A stretch of 64,000 nt of DNA from a virus. Position numbers and translations under genes: made by a program. Numbering within the stretch: position 1 is the first letter of the stretch; each line of letters starts with the position of its first letter. Below, piece after piece: positions 37,140 to 46,013 of this stretch. The notes beneath the pieces are model-generated. The model made no database searches. It was not told the origin of the DNA and saw only the letters and a program-made list of their open reading frames with translations. Where the stretch lies: the IMG/VR virus record IMGVR_UViG_3300037512_001384, positions 6,442 through 70,441 of that record; one strand, written 5' to 3'.

Positions 37140-37925
37140 TTAATCGCGCTTTACGGCAATAACATCTTCGCAACCCATATCACTCACGCGGAGTCTGATT
37201 CTGAGCAATTTGTATGCTCTGCTGGGAAGGAGGTCATACTCCTCTTCGTTTACGTCCTCCTGATAGGCTACAAGATTATATCTACCGTTTGCGTTGGCGT
37301 TGAAAGCCAGCATGTCGCAGTTATCGGCATCATAGGCGAAACCGATACCCTTCTCTTGTGCGTTCTTCCAAGCATCCTCTACCGCTTTCAGCGCCTCCTT
37401 CTGCTCGTCTGTCAGCATGACCTTACGGACAACTCCTTCATGGACTTTCTCGTTGCCCTCTTCATCGACATACTTGAATGAAGACATTCCGGCACAAATT
37501 TCCTTGTCGATGTAGTAGTCATCGGGGAGGGAATCAGCCTTGAAGTCCCATACATCAGAGGCATTGATATGTCCTTCTATCGTCTGGAAGTCAAACTCAT
37601 GCTCAACTGGCTGGCCGTTCTCTGATGTGAAGTAACGCCATTCGTTATTGAGATTGAGCTGATAAGGCGACAGGGTGTCGGGAGATGCAGGTATATTCTC
37701 GGTGTACGCTTTCATGTTGGGATAGAGCTGGGTATAGTGAATCTTCATGTTTTCACTATCCTTGTCTGTCCTGACGATGAGATGAATGTCATTGTGGATA
37801 GGGTTGCCGTTCTCGTCCTCTTTCTTTGTGAGAATCTGACCGACAACTTGCACCTTACGCAGAGCGCCACCTGTGAATACGAATCCTTCTTTCAGATACA
37901 CACAATAAATGTTTGAATGTGTCAT
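37140..37925 (-). CDS. hypothetical protein (array gene)
   Basis: 261-aa ORF with the upstream element. Confidence 0.5.
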   Translation of the reverse strand: MTHSNIYCVYLKEGFVFTGGALRKVQVVGQILTKKEDENGNPIHNDIHLIVRTDKDSENMKIHYTQLYPNMKAYTENIPASPDTLSPYQLNLNNEWRYFTSENGQPVEHEFDFQTIEGHINASDVWDFKADSLPDDYYIDKEICAGMSSFKYVDEEGNEKVHEGVVRKVMLTDEQKEALKAVEDAWKNAQEKGIGFAYDADNCDMLAFNANANGRYNLVAYQEDVNEEEYDLLPSRAYKLLRIRLRVSDMGCEDVIAVKRD

Positions 37926-38012
37926 AGTTGTAATTTTTTAGAGTTAAACATAATGGTTGCTCCCGCCTGAGTTTTCATACCCAGGCAGGATGATTTGAGT
38001 TTGAACGAATGT

Positions 38013-38246
38013 TCAATAATCCACCTTAATCCCGCATCTCCTGACAACATCCTCTTGCGAACGATGAACCCAGCAGGGATATTTATCACCCTCAGTCCAC
38101 ATTATCAATTCGCCATCGTGCATAGTTCGTTTGTAATCAATATAATGAGCCCTTATAGCTTCTATATGTAACCCATTTTTTTGCAATACCTCAAGAACCT
38201 CATGCACAGAGTTCCTTCGCGTCTCGATGTAATATAGATTATTCAT
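38013..38246 (-). CDS. hypothetical protein (array gene)
   Basis: 77-aa ORF. Confidence 0.4.
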   Translation of the reverse strand: MNNLYYIETRRNSVHEVLEVLQKNGLHIEAIRAHYIDYKRTMHDGELIMWTEGDKYPCWVHRSQEDVVRRCGIKVDY

Positions 38247-38297
38247 AATTATAAGTTTTGGTTTGCGGATTCGGGGATGTCGTTCCCCGGAATCCTG

Positions 38298-38759
38298 TCA
38301 TGCCGCCATCTTCTCCCATTCCTCAATCTGCTCGTATGTCAGCCATTCGGGTTTGAGGTCTTCGGGTATCTTGTTCCAATACTCCTTGACGGCGGCAATA
38401 GTGTCGCGGATGCTACCGCCTATAAAATGCTCATTATGATAGCGGCAGTCCCATTTGTCGTTATCCTCGTTGCCTGACTTGCCGAAATATGCGGCTGCGT
38501 CATCGCTGAGGCGGCTCAGCATCATGTACTCGAACTGAAATCCTTTCATCCTCCGTTCTTTGTCCGTCAGAGGATTGGTGATTTCAAAGTTCTCGATACA
38601 AACATCCGGCTCTCCGTCTTGTTCCGTAGGAGGACACAGGCGGTAAAGTGCATTTGGATTGTCGTTGTTGCAGTCCACGTAATACCTGCCATATTCGTCC
38701 TTATACAGAGTTCCTTCCATTCGGTGCTCTCCGATTCTCGTCACTTTGATTTTTTCCAT
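38298..38759 (-). CDS. hypothetical protein (array gene)
   Basis: 153-aa ORF. Confidence 0.45.
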   Translation of the reverse strand: MEKIKVTRIGEHRMEGTLYKDEYGRYYVDCNNDNPNALYRLCPPTEQDGEPDVCIENFEITNPLTDKERRMKGFQFEYMMLSRLSDDAAAYFGKSGNEDNDKWDCRYHNEHFIGGSIRDTIAAVKEYWNKIPEDLKPEWLTYEQIEEWEKMAA

Positions 38760-38944
38760 ATCAGATACAGTTTTCTTAATAATCCATAGACTTGCATTCT
38801 CATTAGATTTTCAAGGCGGTAACGCTCCATGTAGTTAAAGGCGTATGACTTAGCCGTCATGTAGCCGCATCGTCTGTAACGTCTGCCTATACATCTGAGG
38901 AATGCTTTGAACATCACGGGTGAACACGTTGTTTTTTCTTCCAT
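38741..38944 (-). CDS. hypothetical protein (array gene)
   Basis: 67-aa ORF with the upstream element. Confidence 0.35.
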   Translation of the reverse strand: MEEKTTCSPVMFKAFLRCIGRRYRRCGYMTAKSYAFNYMERYRLENLMRMQVYGLLRKLYLIWKKSK

Positions 38945-39004
38945 AGTCTGTAATTTATAGTTAAACAGTTCCGCATGGAGATTTTGCTCTCCACGCAGAT
39001 AATG

Positions 39005-39997
39005 TCACGCATCGGCCCAGTAAGTCCAAGTGTGGATCTTGCTCACCCCGTAGCGGTTGAGGTAGGCGTCGAGACGTTTGCGGAACTTCTCCAGCCCGAA
39101 CTTCAGACCGTCAAGGATGAGGGCGCGTTCCTCCTTGCTCGCCTCATGGCCTTCGTTGTTGTACCACGACCTGCCGATAAGGAAATCGAGCTTGTTCTTG
39201 TAACCTGTCTCAGCGATACGCAGTGTCTCACCCTTCTCGATGCTCTCAATGGAGCGAGTGAAGGCGCTTTCGTTCTGCTGGATGAAATACTGACGGAGTT
39301 TACTCTCGTCTTTCATCAGCTCGCAATAGAACTTATAGTCCGGTCCTTCGTCATGGAAGCAGAAGCGGTTGTCTATTGACGGCTTGGTTATCAAGTAGAA
39401 ATGTCCGTCAATCTTCACCGCTCCGACACATCCCTTGCTGTAGTAGTCGCGGTCTGACTTGTCATCTTTGCACTCGGTGTCAAGAAACTCGCTGAGCCAC
39501 GTGATGAACTTCTCGTCCTTCTTGGCAGTCTTCTCGACCTTGGCGGTAATATGTGATGCTCCGCCTCCGATGAACGCCTCCACAGCCTCGCGCTTGTCGT
39601 TATTGAACAGCCAGCCCGCTCCGCAGGAGAGGAACTTGTTGAACTTCCAAGCCCCGAGTTTCTTCAGCTGCTCGCGGTAAGTGAACGTGTCACCCACAAC
39701 CGCGAAGCATTTCTCTGAATATTCTACGATTCTCAGGTCAGGCCCGTCGGTTTTCAGAGCCGCCTTGATGTCGTTGAAATCCTCCTCACCCAGCCAATCC
39801 GAACAGGAGAGGCCGTCAGGGAAATCCTCGGTGTCCTGAATCATAAACTCCGGATCGCTCTCGTTCTTGTGCAGTTCTTTGCACTTCGAGATAAACGCAT
39901 TGTAGTTCTCACAATCCGCGAGAGAAACCCATCCGCCCGCGATGCTGCCGTTGTTGTACTTACCCCAAGTACCGACATAAACTTTTGGATTACACAT
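39005..39997 (-). CDS. ardA: ArdA-like anti-restriction protein (N-terminal ArdA domain + C-terminal extension)
   Basis: N-terminus KVYVGTWGKYNNGSIAGGWVSLADCENYNAFISKCKELHKNESDPEFMIQDTEDF matches the ArdA family start (VYVg..a.YN.G.L.G.W..L...e...); 330 aa with the upstream element. Confidence 0.6.
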   Translation of the reverse strand: MCNPKVYVGTWGKYNNGSIAGGWVSLADCENYNAFISKCKELHKNESDPEFMIQDTEDFPDGLSCSDWLGEEDFNDIKAALKTDGPDLRIVEYSEKCFAVVGDTFTYREQLKKLGAWKFNKFLSCGAGWLFNNDKREAVEAFIGGGASHITAKVEKTAKKDEKFITWLSEFLDTECKDDKSDRDYYSKGCVGAVKIDGHFYLITKPSIDNRFCFHDEGPDYKFYCELMKDESKLRQYFIQQNESAFTRSIESIEKGETLRIAETGYKNKLDFLIGRSWYNNEGHEASKEERALILDGLKFGLEKFRKRLDAYLNRYGVSKIHTWTYWADA

Positions 39998-40058
39998 AGT
40001 TGTAGAATTTAAGGTTAAACATAGTGGCGGTTACGGGAGATTCCGCTCTCCCATAACC

Positions 40059-40319
40059 TTAACATTCGCCAAGCGGCTTAAGTCCGACATACTGATATTC
40101 TGCGTCGCCTGTTCCGTTTTTCTTGAAAGTCTGATAGAGTGCGCAATTGCGATTCCAATCGTGAGAATACGCCTCGCCCGGCTGGAAGATTCCTCTTTCC
40201 CAAGTTGCAGGCGGTAACGCACCGCACAGTTCCCAGAACACTTCGTTTGATATGAACTGACCGACTTTGACGTTCAGAGTCTTATCTTTCTCCCATTGCT
40301 CCATTGTGTAGATATCCAT
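40059..40319 (-). CDS. hypothetical protein (array gene)
   Basis: Start MDIYTMEQWEK placed at the upstream element. Confidence 0.4.
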   Translation of the reverse strand: MDIYTMEQWEKDKTLNVKVGQFISNEVFWELCGALPPATWERGIFQPGEAYSHDWNRNCALYQTFKKNGTGDAEYQYVGLKPLGEC

Positions 40320-40469
40320 AATCGTAGAATTAAGAGTTAAACAATAGCACCCCAGAGAATATTTCCTATTCCCTGAGATTTGACGTGTAAGGAAATTTCT
40401 CATACCCTCGTGAGAAAATCTACCGCTGAGAGGGAGAAAATCGTTTGTAGGGCAAAAATTGCGGGAAAT

Positions 40470-40917
40470 TCACGCTGATTCCTCCATATCCAACTCTCCG
40501 AGACAATAGAGGGCGAAGTTCTCAGCCGTATCCTTCGCCTCATCCCATCCGATAGCCTCACCGAATCCGTCCGCGTATTGGCTGACCTCCTTCGCCTCCA
40601 CTCCGAGAGTGTTCTTGTAGTCACTGACGTAGCACGAGCCGAGGCAAATCTGACCGCGCAGTTTCTTCAGTTCATTGTAGCACAGGTCATCCACGTGTCG
40701 CCACGGCTGCAAATCGGTCGGATCACAGAGGAATGTCTGTCCGTCCGAATCCACGACATAGACGTTCACTAATTTCGGGGTTTGGTCAATCTCCTTCTTG
40801 GTGGGCTGGTTCTCATTGCACAGGTCAAGAATCTCGTCAATAGTGACAACCTCCTTGAACCAAGTATGGAAAACCTTCTTCCCTGACTTTACGAATCTTG
40901 AGTATTTCATAATCATA
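40470..40917 (-). CDS. hypothetical protein (array gene)
   Basis: Start MIMKYSRFVK placed at the upstream element. Confidence 0.45.
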
Positions 40918-40971
40918 GAATTTGAGTTAAACTTGGTTTCCGGAACCGCTCTCGCACGATTCCGGAATGAT

Positions 40972-41361
40972 TCATACATACTGCTCGATGCTCTCAGCGA
41001 TAGAGCCCAGCGTCTCATAGCACAGGTAATCTCCGTCACCGAAGGCGAACCAATCGGGATCCCACGTGGAATCGTTGGCGTCAAACACCTCGCCCGGCTC
41101 GTTGAGGTTTATCTTGTCGGTGTTAGGGAGAATCTGCAGGGTGTCGTTCTTGACGCGCACCGCGATGACCTCATAGGGGAACATAATGTCCAAGCTGCCG
41201 TCAGAGCAGAACCTGTACGTCCAGATGTTGTCCGTTGCTCCGTCTTCCTTCACGTGGGTGTCTATGTATCCTTTCTCGCCCTGATGCAGACGGATGAAAT
41301 TCTTCACAACTTCCTCCAGCGCCTTGGTGCCGTGGAACATCAAATCCTTAAGTATTTCCAT
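40972..41361 (-). CDS. hypothetical protein (array gene)
   Basis: 129-aa ORF with the upstream element. Confidence 0.45.
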   Translation of the reverse strand: MEILKDLMFHGTKALEEVVKNFIRLHQGEKGYIDTHVKEDGATDNIWTYRFCSDGSLDIMFPYEVIAVRVKNDTLQILPNTDKINLNEPGEVFDANDSTWDPDWFAFGDGDYLCYETLGSIAESIEQYV

Positions 41362-41464
41362 ATCGTTTCAATTTTAGGTTAAACATAGTAGGCGCAGCCG
41401 GATTCCATCCCGCTGCACCCGAAAAACACTTAAATACACAACTAAGATTGTTGTTATCCTTTCG

Positions 41465-41785
41465 TCACGCAGGGACGGCCGGTTCGTACTCCAGCTCGCA
41501 GCTGCCGATTCCCTCGTCATAGAGTTTCAGCTCGGGAGCGCAGCACGAGATGACATCCGTTCCCTCATAGAAGAAACACGTCTTCTTGGACATCCCCACG
41601 ATGATTTTCTCACGCGCCCACTCAAGGTTGCGCTTGTTGAGGAAATCACGTTTGTATCGCTGGCAGATATAGAGAGTAAGCGCATAATAGGCGGAATATT
41701 TGCCCTCATACGTGGCCAGCTCCTCTATCTCGCCATTCTCGTGAATGACATTGATGACATTCAGGTTCTTGTTGGTCCTTCTCAT
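41465..41785 (-). CDS. hypothetical protein (array gene)
   Basis: 106-aa ORF. Confidence 0.4.
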   Translation of the reverse strand: MRRTNKNLNVINVIHENGEIEELATYEGKYSAYYALTLYICQRYKRDFLNKRNLEWAREKIIVGMSKKTCFFYEGTDVISCCAPELKLYDEGIGSCELEYEPAVPA

Positions 41786-41849
41786 AATCGTAGCATTAAA
41801 GAGTTATTCGCTCCGACAGGAGTTATCTCTCCTCCTGCCGGAAATAGTG

Positions 41850-42149
41850 TCAGTTGCCGATGACGAATCCGTAGCGTTTCCACATCTCCATACCGGTTTC
41901 CTTGTATTCGGCGTCCTTGTCCCAATTCTCGGGAATCCACACGTCAATGCCGAAGTCGCTGTCCTCTATGTATTCCCTCGGAATACCCAGGTCCTGACAT
42001 AGCATCTGCACGTCAGATAATGTCGGTACGTTACAGCCTCCGTAGATGCATACTTCTCCTTCTGTTTCCCAATCCTCGGTTGAATAGCCGAAATCGTGGT
42101 TCTGGGCTATATGCTCGATACCCCAGCATAATACTTCAATTTTCTTCAT
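41850..42149 (-). CDS. hypothetical protein (array gene)
   Basis: 99-aa ORF with the upstream element. Confidence 0.4.
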   Translation of the reverse strand: MKKIEVLCWGIEHIAQNHDFGYSTEDWETEGEVCIYGGCNVPTLSDVQMLCQDLGIPREYIEDSDFGIDVWIPENWDKDAEYKETGMEMWKRYGFVIGN

Positions 42150-42211
42150 AGTTGTATAGTTTAAGAGTTGGTTGGCGCGTCAGGGAATTTCCGTATTCCC
42201 TGACACAAAAG

Positions 42212-42874
42212 TCACGCTGCGTCCGGCTCGCATATACCACGGAACAGCGTTCCGTCCTCGCAGTAGATCTCGTCCTCGTCAATCAGCAGCTCCTCGCGGA
42301 CGTACTCGTCACTTCCTCCGGATTCCATATCATCCCGCCTTTCCTTGAAGAAACTGTCCAGGCAGTCATCCACCAAATCATACAGGGATTTGTTGTAGTC
42401 GGGTTTCCTGAACCATTCATAGACAGGATGCAGGATGAAGTTGTCACCGCAGAATCCGGTGAGCGGACAGTCGTAGTCCACGAGCAGGATCTTGGAGTTC
42501 TTGCTCTTGCCGTACACCCACTTGCCGTCCTCTCCGAGATGTCCTTTCGCGGAGATATATTTCCCTTTGAATACGTACTTGTGGATGTCACGCATAAAAC
42601 GCGCCAGATATTTTCCTGTCACGTCCTCCGCGTCTCTCTCATAGACGTCATTCTTGAAACGGAACCGGTAATCGTAGGAACAGGAATCCACCTCCCAGTG
42701 TCTCACGTCAATACCGAACAGCTCGCAGAACTCTTTCAGCGAGTCGCGGTATTCCGATTCCCAGGCGTCTATGTGTAACCGCTGTATGTCGTCACGCTCG
42801 CGGTCAATGACTTTCTTCTGAGCCTCTTCGCTCAGCTCCTCAAACTTGTAGAGCTTACATTTCACTTCTCTCAT
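42212..42874 (-). CDS. hypothetical protein (array gene)
   Basis: 220-aa ORF with the upstream element. Confidence 0.5.
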   Translation of the reverse strand: MREVKCKLYKFEELSEEAQKKVIDRERDDIQRLHIDAWESEYRDSLKEFCELFGIDVRHWEVDSCSYDYRFRFKNDVYERDAEDVTGKYLARFMRDIHKYVFKGKYISAKGHLGEDGKWVYGKSKNSKILLVDYDCPLTGFCGDNFILHPVYEWFRKPDYNKSLYDLVDDCLDSFFKERRDDMESGGSDEYVREELLIDEDEIYCEDGTLFRGICEPDAA

Positions 42875-42914
42875 TGTCGTAGTATTTAAGTATGGTTTAT
42901 CGTACTCCGGTAGT

Positions 42915-43230
42915 CCGTCAGGACAGCCGGAATCATTTTCACGCAGCGGAGTATGATTTATCGTACTTTCCGAACTGTCCGTACATCGTCAGGTTCTTTC
43001 CCGTACTCTTGGCGGTCAGCTCATAACTCCTGTTGCGGATTCTCCTGTAGATTCTCGTCTTCATAATCGTAGTATTTTAGAGTTGGTGATAATCGTACTG
43101 CGTAGGGTTTCCGTACTCTCCGTCAGTTTTCGTACTGCGGATAATTATCGTACTATCCGCAGTTATGGCCGCGAATCGCTTTGTCTGTCATCCGCGTGAC
43201 GTATCCTCAGCCGTTGGTTTACGTACTGAT
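42915..43230. repeat. cluster of 8 direct CGTACT-core repeats (TTATCGTACTnnCCG-like)
   Basis: Copies read at ~42921, 42981, 43022, 43113, 43142, 43150, 43161 and 43222. Confidence 0.5.
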
Positions 43231-43239
43231 TCCGCGTTC

Positions 43240-43380
43240 TCAGGACAGACCTTCAAGCAATCCGCAAAGGAGTATGAACAGGACACAGCCGGACATCGTG
43301 ACGATGATCCCGCCTATCGTGTAGTCCTCATCGAGCCAGTGCACTTTCTTGCACAGCAAATCCAAAATCTTCTCTTTCAT
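43240..43380 (-). CDS. small membrane protein (46 aa; array gene)
   Basis: MKEKILDLL...GIIVTMSGCVLFILLCGLL with the upstream element. Confidence 0.3.
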   Translation of the reverse strand: MKEKILDLLCKKVHWLDEDYTIGGIIVTMSGCVLFILLCGLLEGLS

Positions 43381-43411
43381 AATCGTAGTATCTATAGAGT
43401 TGTAGTTTCCG

Positions 43412-43768
43412 TCACGCATTTCCCATACGTGACAGAATGACCACGCGGTCCTGTTCCGGCAGTGTCGGGAGGATCGCGAAGAACAGCTTCTTGGCGGATG
43501 TGAAATCCACTCCGTTCTCCGCCAGAAATTCCTTTGACCATCGGTACTGCGCCATATCTTTCTTAAGGGCGCAGAAGTCAAACATAAAATCAAAGACTTT
43601 CATCGATACCTTGCGGGCCTCCGGTGTCTGCATCCATTCGGCCGATTTCAGGTATTCGGGAAAGTCACGTCCGTAAACCTTGAGGTTGCGGACGTCACGA
43701 GGGAGCTGCATCATATAATCCCAGGCACGCTGGCGCTCATACTCCCGTCTTTCCTTGTCTGCGTTCAT
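43412..43768 (-). CDS. hypothetical protein (array gene)
   Basis: 118-aa ORF. Confidence 0.45.
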   Translation of the reverse strand: MNADKERREYERQRAWDYMMQLPRDVRNLKVYGRDFPEYLKSAEWMQTPEARKVSMKVFDFMFDFCALKKDMAQYRWSKEFLAENGVDFTSAKKLFFAILPTLPEQDRVVILSRMGNA

Positions 43769-44473
43769 AGTTCAAGAGAATCTTCTGCGCACAGACATTC
43801 GATCATCTCCTCCGCTCCCAGTCTTTCAAGCAGCTTGGAGGATAACCTGATAAATTCTTTCATAGTTGCGCGTATTTAAGGTTAAACAATATTCGTAAGC
43901 GGACCGGCAATCTTTCAGCCGTTCCGCCCTGTCCTGTGTCTTTCATCTCTCAGGCGTTTTCCAATAGATTCTAAGTTTAACCATAACTCTGAATCCCACA
44001 GCTCCGGCCTACCGGAGATTCCAGCGGAATTATTCTCAGGCGGAAAAGGGAAATAAATTCCGGTCCGCGAGGAAAGCCCAGGGATTCGCGTAACGATACG
44101 CAAATCCGCATAATCCGCTGATTAGGGATGATGTTCAACGCTGCCGTATAATCCGCGCTCCGATTACTCACTGTTTCGGCTTTCATCTTTCACTACTTGC
44201 CTATATCACTTTCAAACGGAGTGCGCCCTGATCCTGCACGCAGCGCAAAAGCACCGGTACAGGACCGCACGGGAACAGCGCCCGCTATCCGCCAGCTCTT
44301 TGCAGAACAGCCGGAAATATTCGCGTCCAATATGTCAATGTACGTTTTATTAACTTGCACCCTTCACGGAATCCAACCGCGCCCAGATAAGCAGCTCACC
44401 TGGGTTGCAAAAAGGGTATGATCCAAGCGCCCACCTGATAGGCAAATCCTTTCAGATAGGCACAAAAAAGATA

Positions 44474-44500
44474 GGCGGCGGAAAGTATCCGCCACCTATC
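44474..44500 (-). terminator. candidate terminator for the first array gene
   Basis: GGCGG...CCGCC hairpin followed, on the minus strand, by a U-run (tatcttttttgtg). Confidence 0.35.
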
Positions 44501-44515
44501 AAACAGGGTTAAAAT

Positions 44516-45100
44516 TTAATCAACTTTGCAAACTCTTGTAAAACCAAATTTTGCCAACAGTTCAGGAGTTAAAAGACTTGCGTCTATTCCAAGACTTGCG
44601 GCCAGACTTGCGGACGCTCTTTGCAATTGCTTTTCATTTGCCTGCTTGCGTGCAGTCCGTGCAACTTCATCCCTGAATATATCGTAACTATTAAAACAAG
44701 TACGGAGGCCAGCGGCCGAAATTGTAGTTTTACGGTATGGAGTTAAACCGCTTTCCGTATTTCCTATTGTGTTTGTATCCGCTTCACTTTGAAAAGTGAT
44801 TGTAAAGTTGTTTGTTGCTTTCCTCACTTTTGCAAACACCCTCAAAAACAGATATTTTTCTGTTGCCATAAAAGGAGCGGAACGGAAAGAATCCGCAAAA
44901 CAAGCGGATAATTTATTAAGGTTTTCGGCCTCAATACTTGCGTTTTCGTTGTCAATACTTGCAAGTAGTTTGCTAATTGTGGTTTTACTTGCGTTTGCTT
45001 TTCTCAATTCCTTAACTGAAATACTTGTTACCAGTGTTTCAAGTTCAACGGTTGAAATACCTGAATAAAGGTAATCAACAAGATTTTTGTTTACTTGCAT
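44516..45100 (-). CDS. hypothetical protein (first gene of the minus-strand array, next to the origin-like region)
   Basis: 194-aa ORF with the upstream element. Confidence 0.5.
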   Translation of the reverse strand: MQVNKNLVDYLYSGISTVELETLVTSISVKELRKANASKTTISKLLASIDNENASIEAENLNKLSACFADSFRSAPFMATEKYLFLRVFAKVRKATNNFTITFQSEADTNTIGNTESGLTPYRKTTISAAGLRTCFNSYDIFRDEVARTARKQANEKQLQRASASLAASLGIDASLLTPELLAKFGFTRVCKVD

Positions 45101-45180
45101 AGTTGTAATATTTAAGAGTTAATAAAATAGTGTCAAAGTGCGCATATCGGAAACACCTTTCCGACACTATAAAATTACAA

Positions 45181-45370
45181 AAATAATCCGATATAATGCC
45201 AATATTTGTATATTTAACTTATGTTTAATTGATTGATATATAGTAAGTTATAAAGAAAGATTATACAATATTGTAGTATATATACAGGTTATTATTGTAT
45301 ATATACATAGATAGTTAATTATATAATAACTTAAATATATAGATATTTAACGGAAAAATACTTACAAATT
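45181..45370. other. ~80% AT stretch with TATATA-type repeats (candidate DNA-unwinding element of an origin)
   Basis: Base composition read directly; ORF-free. Confidence 0.45.
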
Positions 45371-45609
45371 GATCCCAGAGTTTCGGCAATAGGTGCAAAC
45401 CGATGAACACACAACCAACACGGCAATAAAGCGGAAAAGTTGCAAGGAGCGACAAACCCCACAACGGACCGACAACGCGACCGCGAGCGGATACAATACA
45501 ATTATAATGTATTTGTTTTGCAGGAAAAACCGCGCGAATACCCCACCCAGAGAAGGCTACCCCCGACCCCCTAAATACGTTTGTATTGCGTGGGGGTCAG
45601 CCCCCGCCG

Positions 45610-45850
45610 AGATTTTCAATTTTTCATTTTTCGTTTTTACTTTTCGTATGCGGAACATGTTTCTGTGTATCTCAATCGGTGTTTCTGGTCTATATATATC
45701 AGTCCTGATGCCGTGTATCCTTGTCTGCGCGTTGATTATGGTCTGATACATGGGTATCTATGGAAAAAGGGTCAAAAAAGCCTGAAAAAGCCCCAAAATA
45801 CCCTGAAAATAGGGGTCAAAAAGAGGTGCTTTTCCTCAAAAAAGGCTGTT
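45610..45850. other. phased T-tracts then A-tracts at ~10-bp spacing (intrinsically bent DNA)
   Basis: gattttcaatttttcatttttcgtttttacttttcg ... ggtcaaaaaagcctgaaaaagccccaaaataccctgaaaataggggtcaaaaag. Confidence 0.45.
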
Positions 45851-45854
45851 TTTG

Positions 45855-45975
45855 GCGTATGAATGTACCAAAAATGGAATTTGATGTACCAAAATAGAGA
45901 TTACCAAAAAAAAACGTAAGTTATTGAAATATAGGGTAGATATTTGTCATGCAATGAACCAAATGAACCAAATGT
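45855..45975. repeat. iteron-like repeats (TGTACCAAA x3, TGAACCAAA x2, ATTACCAAA) upstream of the SF3 helicase gene
   Basis: Read directly; irregular spacing and only 9 bp long, so not CRISPR. Confidence 0.55.
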
Positions 45976-46013
45976 ACCAAATTTCGATACCCAGGTATTG
46001 GTTTGTTTAGTTA

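Noticed and set aside
45393-45862. ORFs 45393-45746 and 45581-45862 inside the origin-like region
   Set aside because: Low-complexity, run through A/T-tract DNA and a GC stem-loop; far more plausible as non-coding origin structure.
45855-45975. Possible CRISPR array from the ACCAAA repeats
   Set aside because: Repeats are only ~9 bp, variable in sequence, with irregular spacers of 3-30 bp; iteron-like, not CRISPR.
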